From Callorhinchus milii (Eukaryota): 64,000 bases of DNA. The notes beneath the pieces are model-generated. The model worked only from the letters and a program-made list of their open reading frames with translations. It did no database searches and had not been told where the DNA came from. Position 1 is the first letter of the stretch, and the number at the start of each line of letters is the position of its first letter. The translations under genes and the position numbers were made by a program. Location of the stretch: contig NW_024704742.1 in the NCBI RefSeq assembly GCF_018977255.1, forward strand, positions 59,770,001 through 59,834,000, given 5' to 3'. Shown here piece after piece: positions 52,160 to 64,000 of this stretch.

Positions 52160-52565
52160 TACCAGCCTTGCTCAGTTTGCAGCATTCTTGCCTTTGCAAC
52201 AGAATATTGTAAATTCATGGTCCAAATTGAGATTTTGAGTTCATAGTCCAGGCTGACACTTCAATGCAGTGCTAGAGGTGAACTGCATTGCTGGAGGTGG
52301 TGTCCTTCAGATGAGATGTTAAACTAAGGTCCTGACTGCTTGTTCAGGTAGCGATTAAAGACCCCATGGCAGTATTCAAAAAAAATGGGAATTTCTCCAG
52401 ATCTCCTGGCCAACAATCTCCCAGTTACATGTTATCATTCACTCTGTGTTATTATGGGACATTGCTGTGCACAAATTGGCAGTCACATTTGCCTACAGCT
52501 ACATAGTAACTGCACTTTACATTAAATCCTGTGAAGTGCTTTGAGAACATTTTAAAGATATAGCT
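52160..52565 (+). mobile_element. Old full-length Deu-domain SINE (SacSINE1-like)
   Basis: Degenerate tRNA head, CCAGGCTGACACTTCAATGCAGTGCT, CAGATGAGATGTTAAAC, AAAGACCCCATGGCA, GGGACATTGCTGTGCACAAATTGGC, tail. Confidence 0.85.
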
Positions 52566-52674
52566 GAATGCATGACTGGTGATGGTGGAGCGGAGGGCGT
52601 CGCAAGGTTTATTATTATTATTATTGTTAATTGATGGCTAGCACAGTCACTGATGATGAAACTTGTCATTAATT

Positions 52675-53070
52675 AACAATAAACCTTGCATTTGATGTGG
52701 AATCTTTCAAGTTGGGAGAAGATATCAAAGCACTTCACAGAATTCACTGTGAAGGATACTGTATTTTGTAGGCAAACACAGCAATCAATTTGTACACATC
52801 AATGTCCCACAAACAGCCTTGAAGTGAACTACCAATTTTATCTTGGAGATTTTAAACCAGGGGACCAGAGAAGCTAAACTCTTCTCTCTTTGAATAGTGC
52901 CTCAGGTTAACATCTCATCCAAAGGAGAGCACCACCAACAATACCGCCTCCCGCCGGCATTTTATTTGAGTGTTAGCCTAGACTATGTGTGTTCAAAGCC
53001 CCCCATGTGGGGCTTGATCCTACAACCTTCTGACTCAGAGCCAAGAGTGCTACTAAGTGAGCCAGACATA
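52675..53070 (-). mobile_element. Old Deu-domain SINE, tail-to-tail with the previous copy
   Basis: Reverse complement of the tail, AATGTCCCACAAACAGC, AACATCTCATCCAAAG, GAGTGTTAGCCT and head (CTTCTGACTCAGAG...TGAGCCA). Confidence 0.8.
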
Positions 53071-53142
53071 CAATTACTTGTGAAGCTCGTTGAGATGTTT
53101 CAACATTATAGGCATAATATCAATTGCAAAGTTTATTGTTAT

Positions 53143-53892
53143 AATCATAGAATCATAGAATCGTACAGCACAAAAAGAGGCTGTGCCGGCTCTTTGAAAA
53201 GAGCAATGTAATGTCAATCCCACTCCCCAGTCCTTTCCACATAATCCTGCAGACCCGTCCTCCTCAAATACCCGTCCACCGCGTTTTTAAAAGTTGTTAT
53301 CAAATCGGCCTCGACCACCCTTTCAGGCAATGCGTTCCAGATTCGAACAACTCGCCGCGTGAAAAAATTTCTTCTCACCTCAAAATTTCTCCACATGATT
53401 TTGAAAACCTCTATTAGGTCTCCTCGTAACCTTCTCTGCTCCAATGAGAATAATCCCAGCCTCTCTAGTCTTTCCTCATAATCAAGGTCCCTCATTCCTG
53501 GTATCATTCTTGTAAATCTCCTCTGCGCCCTTTCCGATGCTTTAACATCCTTTCTATAGTGTGGTGCCCACAACTGGGCACAGTATTCTAACTGAGACCT
53601 AACCAATGTTTTATATAGGTTAACCATAACCTCCTGACTCTTGTACTCTATGCCCCTCCTTATAAAGCCTAGTATTCCATATGCCCTTTTTACAGCTTTA
53701 TCTACCTGTCCTGCCACCTTCAAGGATTCATTTACCTGAACACACAGATCTCTCTGTTCTTTTACCCCCCTTAAGATTGTATTACCAGCCTGTATTGCCT
53801 CCCCTCATTCTTTCTACCAAAATGCATTACCTCACATTTCTCCACATTGAAATTCATCTGCCATGTGTCTGCCCATTTTACCATTCTGTCTA
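53143..53892 (-). mobile_element. CR1 LINE 3' end, relatively young
   Basis: ORF 53214-53723 GILGFIRRGIEYKS...LYKTLVRSQLEYCAQLWAPHYRKD...FSLEQRRLRGDLIEVFKIM...FFTRRVVRIWNALP; (ATTCTATG)n tail. Confidence 0.95.
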
Positions 53893-54489
53893 TAATGGTT
53901 GGAAACTTTAGTAAATCAAGTGAGCATCATCAGGATACATTGTGTGATCATCTTATTGAAGATTTAAATTGCTTATTGAAACAATATTCAAGGGCACTGC
54001 AGTTAGATATTCAGCAACACAGCAGCTTGAAACACACAGCTTAATGAATAAAACAAAAGAATTGTAATGCTCATACTCAGCAACTGTGCAAGTAACTATA
54101 AATACTAATGGATTTAGGTCACCTCTTTTCACGGCTGATTAATCATGACACAGTCCCCCAGGAACAGTTGTTGGCTATCACTGCTCTTCTAAACATGAGT
54201 TTCATGCTGCTCTCTCTTCGGTTAAAATCAAATTGGACATCCACTTTGTGGAAAATTGCCACATGCCAATTTACTGCTGCATTTGCCTACAAACCACACA
54301 GTCACTATACTTTGCAGTAAAATCCTGTGAAGCATTTGACGACATCCTCGGAATGTGATAAGATGCAATATCAAATGCAAGGATCATTATTGTAAAAGTT
54401 GTAAATCCACAAATCCATAAGATTTAACATTTCAGGGCTCTCCTGACACTCTAGTAAGTAATGAGTAGCCAGGCTGTACAGGGTAGAAT

Positions 54490-54620
54490 ATTGTGTCTTT
54501 ATTGAGTTATGTGGTCTCAGTCAAGCGTACAACATGGATGCTACAATTGGCCATTTTTCAGGAAGGAAATTAGTAAGGTTTCCTGCTCATGATTGCTATC
54601 AAGAGAAATCCTTCTGGAAG
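54490..54620 (+). mobile_element. AmnSINE2-like fragment
   Basis: TGAGTTATGTGGTCTCAG...GATGCTACAATTGGCC...GGTTTCCTGCTCATGATTGCTATC. Confidence 0.4.
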
Positions 54621-54734
54621 GGAGGTTCATCCGATATTCTGGCCAACAGTGTGGGATATTGTGCAAATTGGCTCCTGTGTGATAAGGCAATTTACCAAAT
54701 GCAAGGATTATCATTATTATTAGCACCATAATAT

Positions 54735-55000
54735 CAGAAGGTCAGGAAGCATTTCTTCACACAGAGGGCTGTGAAGATGTGGAATGCTATGCTCCATAAA
54801 GCTGTGGTGGCAAAACTTCTGCTACCCAAACATGTTTGAAAATGAAAGACATATAATTGGGTATCAGAAGTTTTAAGTGGATTGGTGAAAGGATAGGACA
54901 TTGGGATTAAAAGATCTGACAAAAATAAATTATAAAAACTGGGGGAACTAGCCTGATGGGCTGAATGACCTCCTATTTTCTTATGTTTCCTAATATCTTT
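54735..55000 (+). mobile_element. Old CR1 3' fragment
   Basis: RKHFFTQRAVKMWNAM frame; GATGGGCTGAATGACCTCCT...CTTATGTT tail. Confidence 0.75.
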
Positions 55001-55019
55001 AGGAATTTGCATACTTGCT

Positions 55020-55520
55020 AATTGCTTGTTTTAAAATCTTAAATCTGTCAGTTTTTGCTTACAAGTTTTTTTTGTTAAGTCAGCTGGATGTCTGACACAT
55101 GCAGAAAACTATTACCATGCTTAAGAGTATCCAAACCAAACAAACAGAACCAATACATCCCATCAACACATGGCAATTCTTGTGTGTTGGAATGGAATGT
55201 GCATTCTCTCCTTAGAGGGATGCATCCTTTTTACCTAATTCAGGGGAATATTGCACAGGCAAGCCAAGCCTTGGAGACATCAGAGTGAGGTAATGTTGAG
55301 TCTAACCAGCTGAAACTGCATAACTTGTCATTGAATCACAATCTAACAAGCATTCCCACAGCTTGTCCAGTTAGGATAACCATACCCATTAGTGCTTTGG
55401 CTTGCCGGATTAATGGGAGTTGAGTGGAAAAAATCCCTGCCCCCAATGACTGATCTGCTACTCCAAGCCCTAGAATGCCTGAGCTGCATTCAGCACATTA
55501 TTGTTTTACTGGCAATAGGG
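55020..55520 (+). mobile_element. Ancient RTE-like LINE fragment
   Basis: Frame ...NIAQASQAL (compare RTE RIAKASQAFG) plus shared family blocks. Confidence 0.55.
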
Positions 55521-55550
55521 TGCTCATTCTGAACAAGAACAGTGAGTATA

Positions 55551-55839
55551 ATAATAATAACAATCCTTGCATTTGATATAGTGCTTTTCACGTCAGGAGG
55601 ACATCCCAAAGCGCTTCACAGAATACACTGTAACGTGAATTGACTGTATATTTGTGGGCGATCGCGGCAGCCAATTGCGCATAGCAATGTCCCACAAACA
55701 GTCATAGATTGAAAATGACCAATTTATTATCGTTTTTGGTTTTTGGAGGGATTATTATTAGGCGTGTGGAGTAAGGAAACTTGGCCAAGGTTTCGCCCTG
55801 TCTGGAATTGAACTCAGGTCTCTCACTTGCAAAGCGAGT
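55551..55839 (-). mobile_element. Young tRNA-Ala SINE, short form, A box missing
   Basis: Near-identical reverse complement of 49338-49642, starting at the anticodon arm. Confidence 0.93.
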
Positions 55840-56089
55840 ATACTGAATCTAGGAGCATTCATCTGCATAAAATACATTATAGAAGGGGTGATCAGCAAAT
55901 AAAAACCTGGAGGATGTGATTTGGCTTGTATGATAGGGGTTATGTAGGTGCTGCAAAATGCAACATTTTCATTTCAGACAGCACAGCTTTGCATGCAGAA
56001 TCCCTTCACAATGTACTACATTGAGTTAAAGATCACAATGAGAATCAATTTCTTAGAAAAAAAGACTTTGGTTGGTATGCAGGCTTTCC

Positions 56090-56520
56090 TTGAAGTTAAA
56101 CTGTCTCCTTGGTGATGTGCTTGACAATATAATGTTGGAATTGAGTCACCCCTCTGTGGTGCTTTCAGTAGTCTTGTTCATGAACCAGGCTGGTCTGAAG
56201 TGCTCCAGGGCACTGCAGACCATTAGTGTGACTTGGATGGGTAGACGAGTCACTGGGAGCAGGGATTGCTCCCACTCAGCTCCCGTTAACCCTGCAAGTC
56301 AAAATCCAAGTGAGTCAGGTAGTCTTAGCTGGATAAGCAGCGAAACACTTGCCAGTCAATGTTTTCAATGGCAAGCTGCATGATTCTAGCTGTTTAAATT
56401 CCAATAGTAACCCATGCACACTCTGGGATTTCCAAGCCTTTGCTTTTCACAACCAGCACCTAATATAATGTGGAATTAGGTAAGTAAGATGCATCTCTCC
56501 AGGAGAGTGTGTCAGATGTG
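56090..56520 (-). mobile_element. Ancient RTE-like LINE fragment
   Basis: GTCACTGGGAGCAGGGATTGCTCCCACTCAGC...CAATGGCAAGCTG...GATGCATCTCTCCAGGAGAG. Confidence 0.55.
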
Positions 56521-57139
56521 TCAAATACCCAGCAAACCAAAATGAAAAGATTCATATGGCAACGGATGAATCATAAAAAAAAGATTATTGTGACCAAATC
56601 CCATTCACTTGAAATGTTCTGCAAATGGAATGCTTACACTTTGATTTCTCAAACAAGAATTCCTTCTATATCAATTGGACTCAGTTCGGCAACACTGAGT
56701 GTGAACTTAGCAACTGAGCAAAGAATGCTTTTGAATGCACTGCTTCCACGCACTCTGAAGATAGACAACAGCTCTGTCAAAATGAATTGTTACAGCAATT
56801 TATTCCTCAAAAATGTATAACCCGGTACCTCACTCTGATAACCTAATAAGATGTAGAATAGGGTTTGATCATCATTCATGCAGCTAAAACGCAGACCACC
56901 ATGGAATTTTAAATCTGGAGGAGTGCAGAAAGTTGTGAAGTATGTGGGAAGATGAAATATGTACATAATCAATGAAGTACATTAAGAATTCTACAAGTGA
57001 AATTAAATGAGTGTGACAAGTAAAGGCTGAAGATAATTTTCTGTATTGACTGGATTATTGAATACAAAGGCTCTCTACAGATGCTGATATACAATAGGTC
57101 TGTAACTTGGGTTAAAGGGAGTTCTATAATTAATTCAAG

Positions 57140-57236
57140 AGAAACTTATAACCTGAAACATTAACTGTTTTTCCTCTCTCCATAGATGGTGCGTGACCTG
57201 CTGCTCTGTGTTCCAAGCAACTTCTGTTTTTATTTA
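57140..57236 (+). mobile_element. Older Penelope-like terminal relic
   Basis: ACCTGAAACATTAACTG...CTCCATAGATGGTGCGTGACCTGCTG...CTTCTGTTTTT, similar to 12500-12590. Confidence 0.5.
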
Positions 57237-57827
57237 TGAATTGCGCTTTGCTACTTCAGCTACCCATTCTACAATTACAAAATACTAATATGAACATTCT
57301 AAGGGTCATTTGATCAGTGGTATTTCACACAAAATCAAAAGAAGTTCAAAATATCCTTACATTTGATATAATCCCTTTCACATTGCGAGGATGCCTCAAA
57401 ATACTTCACATTGTCCCACAAACAGCCTTAAAATGAGTGACCAATTTTATTTTGGGGATTATCGGCTATGATACTGGAAGAAACTTCCTTCTCTTTTTGT
57501 GTAGTGTCAGGGGATCTGTCCACATGAAACGGCAGAGGGCACCTTGGTTTAACATGTTGATAAATAAAGTGACAAATTTCCATAAATGTATTAATCTTAA
57601 TATTCATTGCAACACAAATTAAGGTTGTCACAACTTAAAGGGAACATTCCCCATCCCTGGCAATGGCCAGTTTCTATAAAACTAATTGTGATGTAGTCAA
57701 GGGGTATTATATTCTTTATCAGGTTTGTGCAGTTATGGGTTATTGTGCAATCAAGTCAACCCATAACCAAAAAAAGTTGATTACTTTGAGTCACTGGCAG
57801 CTTAATTGTGTGGATCAATGTATTTGT

Positions 57828-58139
57828 GGAGTCCTGTGGCTCAGTGGTTAGAGCACTCGCTTTGCAAGCGAGAGACCTGAGTTCAATTCCAGGCAGGTCA
57901 GGGCGAAACCTTGGGCAAGTTTCCTTACTCCACACGCCTAATAATAATCCCTCCAAAAACCAAAAACAATAATAAATTGGTCATTTTCAATCTACGACTG
58001 TTGTACATTGCTGTGCGCAATTGGCTGCCGCGTTTGCCCACAAATATATAGTCAATTCACTTTACAGTGTGTTCTGTGAAGCGCTTTGGGACGTACTCCC
58101 GACGTGAAAAGCGCTATATCAAATGCAAGGATAATAATA
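57828..58139 (+). mobile_element. Young tRNA-Ala SINE, short form, full length
   Basis: Same head, body and tail as 49338-49642. Confidence 0.95.
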
Positions 58140-58519
58140 TGTAAAAATGATAAGATCACAAGGCATTTACAGATGAAGAAGACCTTTCAGGTTATTTGAT
58201 CTTAACTTACAGAATATCCACTCTGACATCTTCCCATTTCAGGTTCAAGCGGTTCTTATACAAGTCCAGTTTCGTGGCCTATGCTATCCCCTTGTGACCT
58301 GGTCTAATAGGTAAATGCCCATTTGTAAAGAAATGTTCTCTTATCTGTCCTAAAATTTTCCATCATAACCTTAAACGTGTACCCTCTTTTGTTAATGCCT
58401 TTCCAAGTTTGCCAATTGGATATGTAGTTTATAATATAAAGTTTATCAAACAAATTCACACAATAACATCAGCTGTACAAAGAGACAGTGCTCTGATGGA
58501 GAGACTTTAATGAATTAAT

Positions 58520-59525
58520 GGAAGGAGGGCAAGGAGGGTGACCGAAGGCATGGTCGAAGAGGAGGGTCTTCAGAAGGGTTTCGAAGAACCCAACGAGAGG
58601 GCAAGGGATGGAGTTGCAGAGGGTGGTGAAGAGTGACTGAAGACCCATCTGCCAATGGTGGGGCGGGCAAGGTTGGGGTCGTGAGCCAGGCCGGAGAGCG
58701 GAGGGAGCAGGCAGATTGGTAGGGTATTACGAGTTCGCAGAGGTGCCAAGGTTTCTGACTGGCTTGGTGAGGTGGAGTGTGTGTCCATGGCTGGTGATGC
58801 TGTCAGCACCTGAGGTGTGTAGGTGCTGATGGGAACTAATCAGGAGAACCTTGGTCTTGTTGACGTTCAGCTGTAGAAAGTTAGCTCTCATGCACGACTT
58901 GATGTAGGTCAGATATTTTGTCAGATCAGCAGTAGTCCTGGAGTCAGCAGTAGAGGCAGAGAGATAGAGTTGGGTGTCATCTGCATACATGTGGAAGTTG
59001 ACCCTAAGGCTATGAATGATGTCACCAAGAGGGAGCATAAAGATATTGGAGAGGATCAAGGACAGAGCTCTGAGGAACACTGCAGAAGATGGTGAGGGGG
59101 CTAGAAGAGAACCCATTTGTGGAGATGAAGTGGAGACAGCGGGAGAGGTAGGATCTGAACCATTCAAGGACAGAACCATGTCGGTTGAGGTGAGAGGAAA
59201 GACGGTGGAGGAAAATTGAGTGTTCAACAGTATTGAAGGCAACAGAGAGGTCAGGGTGGACAAGGAGACATAGGGAGCCTTGCTTGTAGATGGGTAAAAT
59301 GTCATTTGTCACTTTGACCAAAGCTGTTTCTATGCTGCAGGTGGCACGGAAATCTGATTGGAGGTGTTCTTGAAGGGAGTGGTGGGAGAGGAAGGAACGA
59401 AGCTGGGAAGGAACGAAGCTGGGAAGCAACAACTCATTCCAGGACCTTGGAAAATAAGGGAGATTGGAGATGGGGTGATAATTTGGGACCAGGGATGGGT
59501 CCAGGATGGGTTTTTTAAGGATAAT
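58520..59525 (-). mobile_element. L2 LINE RT fragment with internal deletion
   Basis: ORFs LQSDFRATCSIETALVKVTNDIL...WFRSYLS and [27 protein letters not shown]...NFLQLNVNKT (intact YADD motif). Confidence 0.93.
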
Positions 59526-60279
59526 TCAACGTTTTGGGATGGACATGATCCCGACGTTAAAGGTGCTATACCAATGTAATTTGCTTTTGTTGTTGATTAA
59601 TTTCATCATTGTTTGTGAGACATTACTTTATGCAAATTAATTTTTGTGTTCACCCACCAAATAGAGTTACTGCACTTTACAGTATATCCTGTGAAGTGCT
59701 TTGCTACATCCTCTGGGATGTGAAAGGTGCTATATCAAATGTAGGGATTATTATTATTTAATTCACAAAGTGCCGTCAAGTAGCTGGATTCACAGGGAAC
59801 AAAGCAAATTAACTGTGTGGCTTTAATCAGGGAAGCTATTAAGCAGAGTGAGTACCAAAAATTGCCAGTGTGTGAAATTTATGACTGGATTGAAGGAAAC
59901 AATTTATACTTCTGTGAGAAATCAGGAGAAATTGCTTCTGCTGACAGTTAAGCAATGCGTCACACTTTCAGAGTATCTCAGGAATAGCACAATAAGCAAT
60001 TCCATTGCTGGACCTTGCATTCGATGCATTACTTATTTTCACAAATTATGAGTGAAATTGTTAGAGGTTTTTCTACATACATTTGCTGAAATTCTTGCAA
60101 GCACTGAACTGCAAACTGCATTCTGATGATGCCAGAAAATTAGAGGCATTATATTCCTTTCACTACCATAAGCACTCAGACACATTTTCAAAGCTTCTGG
60201 TTTCTCATGGATCAACATTCAGCAGCACTTTGAGAATTAGTTACACATTTGTTAGGATTTCAGCTTGGTGCATTGAGTA

Positions 60280-60910
60280 ACACACTTTCCTCTTGGCCAG
60301 AAGGTTGTGGGTTCAAGCCATAGATCGGGACTTTGAGCTCACAGTCTAAGCTGACACTCCAGTGCAGTGCTGGGGAAGCACTGCATTATCAGAGTTGTCA
60401 TAATAATAATAATCCTTGCATTTGATATAGCACTTTTCACGTCGGGAGGACGTCCCAAAGCGCTTCACAGAACACACTGTAAAGTGAATTGACTGTATAT
60501 TTGTGGGCGAACGCGGCAGCCAATTGCGCACAGCAATGACCCACAAACAGTCGTAGATTGAAAATGACCAATTTATTATTGTTTTGGAGGGATTATTATT
60601 AGGCGTGTGGAGTAAGGAAACTTGCCCAAGGTTTCGCCCTGTGCCTGGAATTGAACTCAGGTCTCTTGCTTGCAAAGCGAGTGCTCTAACCACTGAGCTA
60701 CAGGACTCCCCTGGATGAGATCTCATTTGGATGAGATGTGAAAATAAGGTCCTTTCTGCTTCTTCACGTGGATACTAACTTCAATTAAAACTTTTTATGG
60801 ACATTCACTCATGGCTGTTTGTGCTATATTCTGATTCGCAAATTGGCTGCTGAATTCACCTACAAATGCACAGTCACTATACTCTGCAATAAATTCCTGA
60901 GAAGCTCTTT
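60280..60910 (+). mobile_element. Old Deu-domain SINE interrupted by a young SINE
   Basis: Head and GCTGACACTCCAGTGCAGTGCTG before 60400; resumes TTTGGATGAGATGTG...AATTGGCTGC after 60720. Confidence 0.75.
60400..60709 (-). mobile_element. Young tRNA-Ala SINE, short form, full length
   Basis: Reverse complement of the 49338/57828 consensus with an (ATT)n tail. Confidence 0.95.
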
Positions 60911-61441
60911 CAAATAATGTATTACATCCAAAAATGATTCTGATCTGTAAACCCTGCTCTCAATTGAACCAACTTATTCCAATCCCAAAATAAACTGAAA
61001 TAATTGCTTCTATTTTACACTTTGAATGGGAATTGGATAATTAAGGACATGAGTACTGTATACAGCCATTTACACATGGTTTACAAAACCTACAAATTAA
61101 ATACACAATACAAATCCATGCTTGTAATTTTGTACTTTGCTCCAAGCTCAAATCTAAATATATTTGGTCTAATTCATTATATTCCTCAAGTTGTGCAAAA
61201 GGGAACTGTTTCTGGTAACCAAAAGCACTTCATATTGATTCTCAGGAAATCCTGATGTAATAATTTAATTTAGCAGAGGTGTTCCCCCAGGTCGACAGGA
61301 ATTCTGCCAGAACTACTTTATTTAGGAATATCAAAAATTAGCCCCCATCATCAGCGCACACATTGCAGAATAAATCATGAGCTTCACAACCCAGATCTAG
61401 TCAACTGCTGCATCGTGCAGCACATTTTAACGGCTAAATGG

Positions 61442-61808
61442 AGAGTCCTGTAGCTTAGTGGTTGGAGTACTCGTCTCGCAAACGGAGACCTGGGTTCGAT
61501 TCCCGGGCAGGCCGAAATGTTGGGCAAGTTTTCTGACCTCCACATGCCTCTGTTTACGTAGCAGTGAGTAGGAACCCGGTTGTTAATCAACTGGTGGATT
61601 GCTTTTTCAGGGATAAAAATCCCTTAAAATAACAATAATAATAATTTGGTCACACAACTGTTTGTGGGACACTGCTTTGTGCAATTCGCTGCTGTGTTTC
61701 TCCCACAATATATACAGTCAATTCACTTTACGTATATTCCGTGAAATGCTTTGAGACATCTCGAAGACATGATAAGGCGCTATATCAAATGCAAGGATTA
61801 TTATTATT
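61442..61808 (+). mobile_element. tRNA-derived SINE, long form
   Basis: TAGCTTAGTGG and GGTTCGATTCC boxes; extra central block; tail TTGAGACATCTCGAAGACATGATAAGGCGCT...(ATT)n. Confidence 0.92.
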
Positions 61809-62035
61809 AAATCTTCAGTTTGTAACTAATTTTATTCTGGATGGAGCAGCTACTTTGGACAATGTTGCTAGATAAATTAAACTGTTTATTTTTCTTTGGG
61901 AAGATACATAATTTTTTTTGCGTGTGGGCCAGTTTCTAATTTGTGTTCCCAGTATGTTACATAAACAAATAGATTGCAATTGCAAATTCACTGACAAAAT
62001 TATCATACGTCAGGCATCACTCCTACAGGAGTGAA

Positions 62036-63260
62036 CAACAACTTACATTTATATAGTGCCCTTCATGTGGGTTAGCATCTCAGAGCACTTAACAGTGGTG
62101 GAGCTTCTCGCCCTGCTGAGGAGAGATGGAAGGTGACTATGCACTGTCAAAGTGGAAAGTCTTCAGATGCGATCAGAAGATGGGCCAGAAAAAGGTGAGG
62201 AGGGATTGAGGCAGAGAGTTCCAGTATCTTGGGGAATAGTGGCTGAAAGCACGGCCACTGATGGTGTAGTGAAGGGGACAAGGAACATGCAGGAGTCCGG
62301 AGGTGAGTGAAGGGGGCAGGTTGAGTTTGGTGTAAGCAGGCTGAAGAGGTAGAGAGGTGCCTTAAGTGATTTGTACTTGAGAGGGCGGATCTTGCAATTG
62401 ATCCATTCTGCAATTGGCAGCCCAGTGGAGCCTGGCAAGGATTGGATTGATGAGATTTTGGAGTTTAGTATGGATGATCGTACAGGTGGCAAAGTTTTGA
62501 ATTAAATAGATTTTATGAATGGTGAAGCTAGGAAGGCATTTCAAAAAAAATTGTGGTGGGAGGCAACGAATATGTGGATAATGGAGCTGCATATGTGGAG
62601 TTGCATTAGCAGTGAGGTATAAATGGAGACAGACGATGTGGCAGAGGTGGAGGAAAGCAGTCCTGGCTAGGAACTGGATATACAGTCGGAACGACAACCG
62701 GGGATTGAAGACGACATCTAGGTTACACACTGGTTCAGTAAGTCTCAGGAATAGTCTGGGGAGGTTAAGGAGGTCTGAGCCCCAGGTCAGAAGATGTTGA
62801 CAGGAGCCAAGTAGTACAGCTTCCATCTTATCCATGTTCAGTTTCAGAAATGTGGCTCTCATCCAGCCTCAATGTTTGACACGTAAGCAGACAAATTAGT
62901 GGGCGAAACCGTGGGCAAGTTTCCTTACTCCACATGCCTGATGATAATCCCTCAAGAAAAAAAACCAATAATAATTTGGTCACTCAATCCACGACTGTTT
63001 GTGGAACACTGCTGTGCACAATTGGCTGCCGCGTTTTGCCCACAAATATACAGTCAATTCATTTAAGAGTATATTCTGTGAAGCGCTTTGAGATGTCTAG
63101 AACATGTGAAAAGCGCTATATCAAATGCAAGGATTATTATTTTTTATATATAGTGAAGCTAGGGTCATGGCTCGAGGAGAAAAAGTAAATTTGGATGTTG
63201 CCCGCATACATGTGGAAATTGACCCTGCATCTCTGGATAACATCATCAAGCGGGAGCATC
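62036..63260 (-). mobile_element. Older L2 LINE interrupted by a SINE
   Basis: ORF 62362-62862 FLKLNMDKME...NLDVVFNPRLSF...IQNFA...ARLHW; upstream MLPLDDVI..RVNFHMYA at 63200-63260; tail at 62036. Confidence 0.88.
62900..63141 (+). mobile_element. 5'-truncated short-form SINE nested in L2
   Basis: GGGCGAAACCGTGGGCAAGTTTCCTTACTCCAC through GCAAGGATTATTAT. Confidence 0.9.
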
Positions 63261-63269
63261 TAAGAGCCA

Positions 63270-63640
63270 ACACCTTCAGAAGCCCAGAGTGCGCATTGGT
63301 GAGCTTCTGGAGTGCTTCTGGAGTATAACCAGCTAAAATTCATAAAGCTGTCTGACAAGCTTTCCAACTGCTTTTCCAGCTCGGAATACCTTACCCATTA
63401 GGGCTTTGGCTTTCAGGATTAACAGAAGCTAAATCAGATGATTCCCTGCCCCCAGAGACTGGTCTGCCCTTTCAGGTCCTGCCGATGAGCCATGTGCTGT
63501 CATCAGCAGTTCCCCGAAATACTGTGGATCCACCTGGATCAATAACTGGGCTACTGAGACTGTCACAGAGGGCTGGTTTATTTCTAACATATCGTTGCCG
63601 AACAGATCACCTTGGAGCCAGTTCAGCTCCAAAAAGACCA
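63270..63640 (+). mobile_element. Ancient RTE-like LINE fragment
   Basis: Aligns by eye to 2600-2860 (GACTGGTCTGCCC, GCTGTCATCAGCAG, CCTTGGAGCCAGTTCA). Confidence 0.55.
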
Positions 63641-64000
63641 AAGAATGGAAAACAATGATTAAATGTTCTAACAGTCCTTTTAAATGCAAGGCAGGCAAAG
63701 TGCTAAAAAATACAACTCAGATCAGTTCGGCAATTATCATTTAGTTGCTTATATTAACAATAAGGTGAAGACCTGCAGGCTTGTTTATGCTCATTAAGCC
63801 AGCTATGGACCAGTTTGTAAAATGAGGCATCTAATTACAGATCATTTTCCTCTTAGTAGTGATGAACCAGGATTGGTTTTAACACAAAACAAATCTGACA
63901 GTCAGCATTATTAAATCACTTTTTAACTCCCCAATTCAGTAATGCACTAGTAGGGAAGTTTGATTCAAAGGTAAAAGACCCCGAAGCATTGTCACTGGAA

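Noticed and set aside
58727..59432. Functional reverse transcriptase (YADD intact)
   Set aside because: Frameshifted, internally deleted and without an endonuclease domain; a dead L2.

Overview
Eukaryotic, AT-rich, almost entirely non-coding vertebrate DNA. The repeat content (L2 and CR1 LINEs, tRNA-headed Deu-domain SINEs with L2-type tails, Penelope-type relics) points to a cartilaginous fish, probably a chimaera such as Callorhinchus; this is inference, not verified. There is no intact multi-exon gene or autonomous transposon. The long ORFs are broken L2/CR1 reverse-transcriptase (RT) fragments, their antisense frames, or microsatellite artefacts. One well-formed 36-nt minus-strand micro-exon (44536-44571) and a weaker 78-nt candidate (3667-3744) suggest the window lies in very large introns of an unidentified minus-strand gene. 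Several TE-free, TAAT/ATTA-rich blocks look like conserved enhancers. I found no convincing previously undescribed biological system. The most notable items are: a SINE/L2 shared 3' stem-loop whose loop differs between older and younger copies; a nine-copy ancient RTE-like family; a head-to-head L2-in-L2 quasi-palindrome; a Penelope-like relic with half a hammerhead ribozyme and an inverted junction; a locally templated fold-back insertion; and a pogo/Tigger-like MITE. All family names come from motif recognition by eye, and boundaries of old repeats are approximate.
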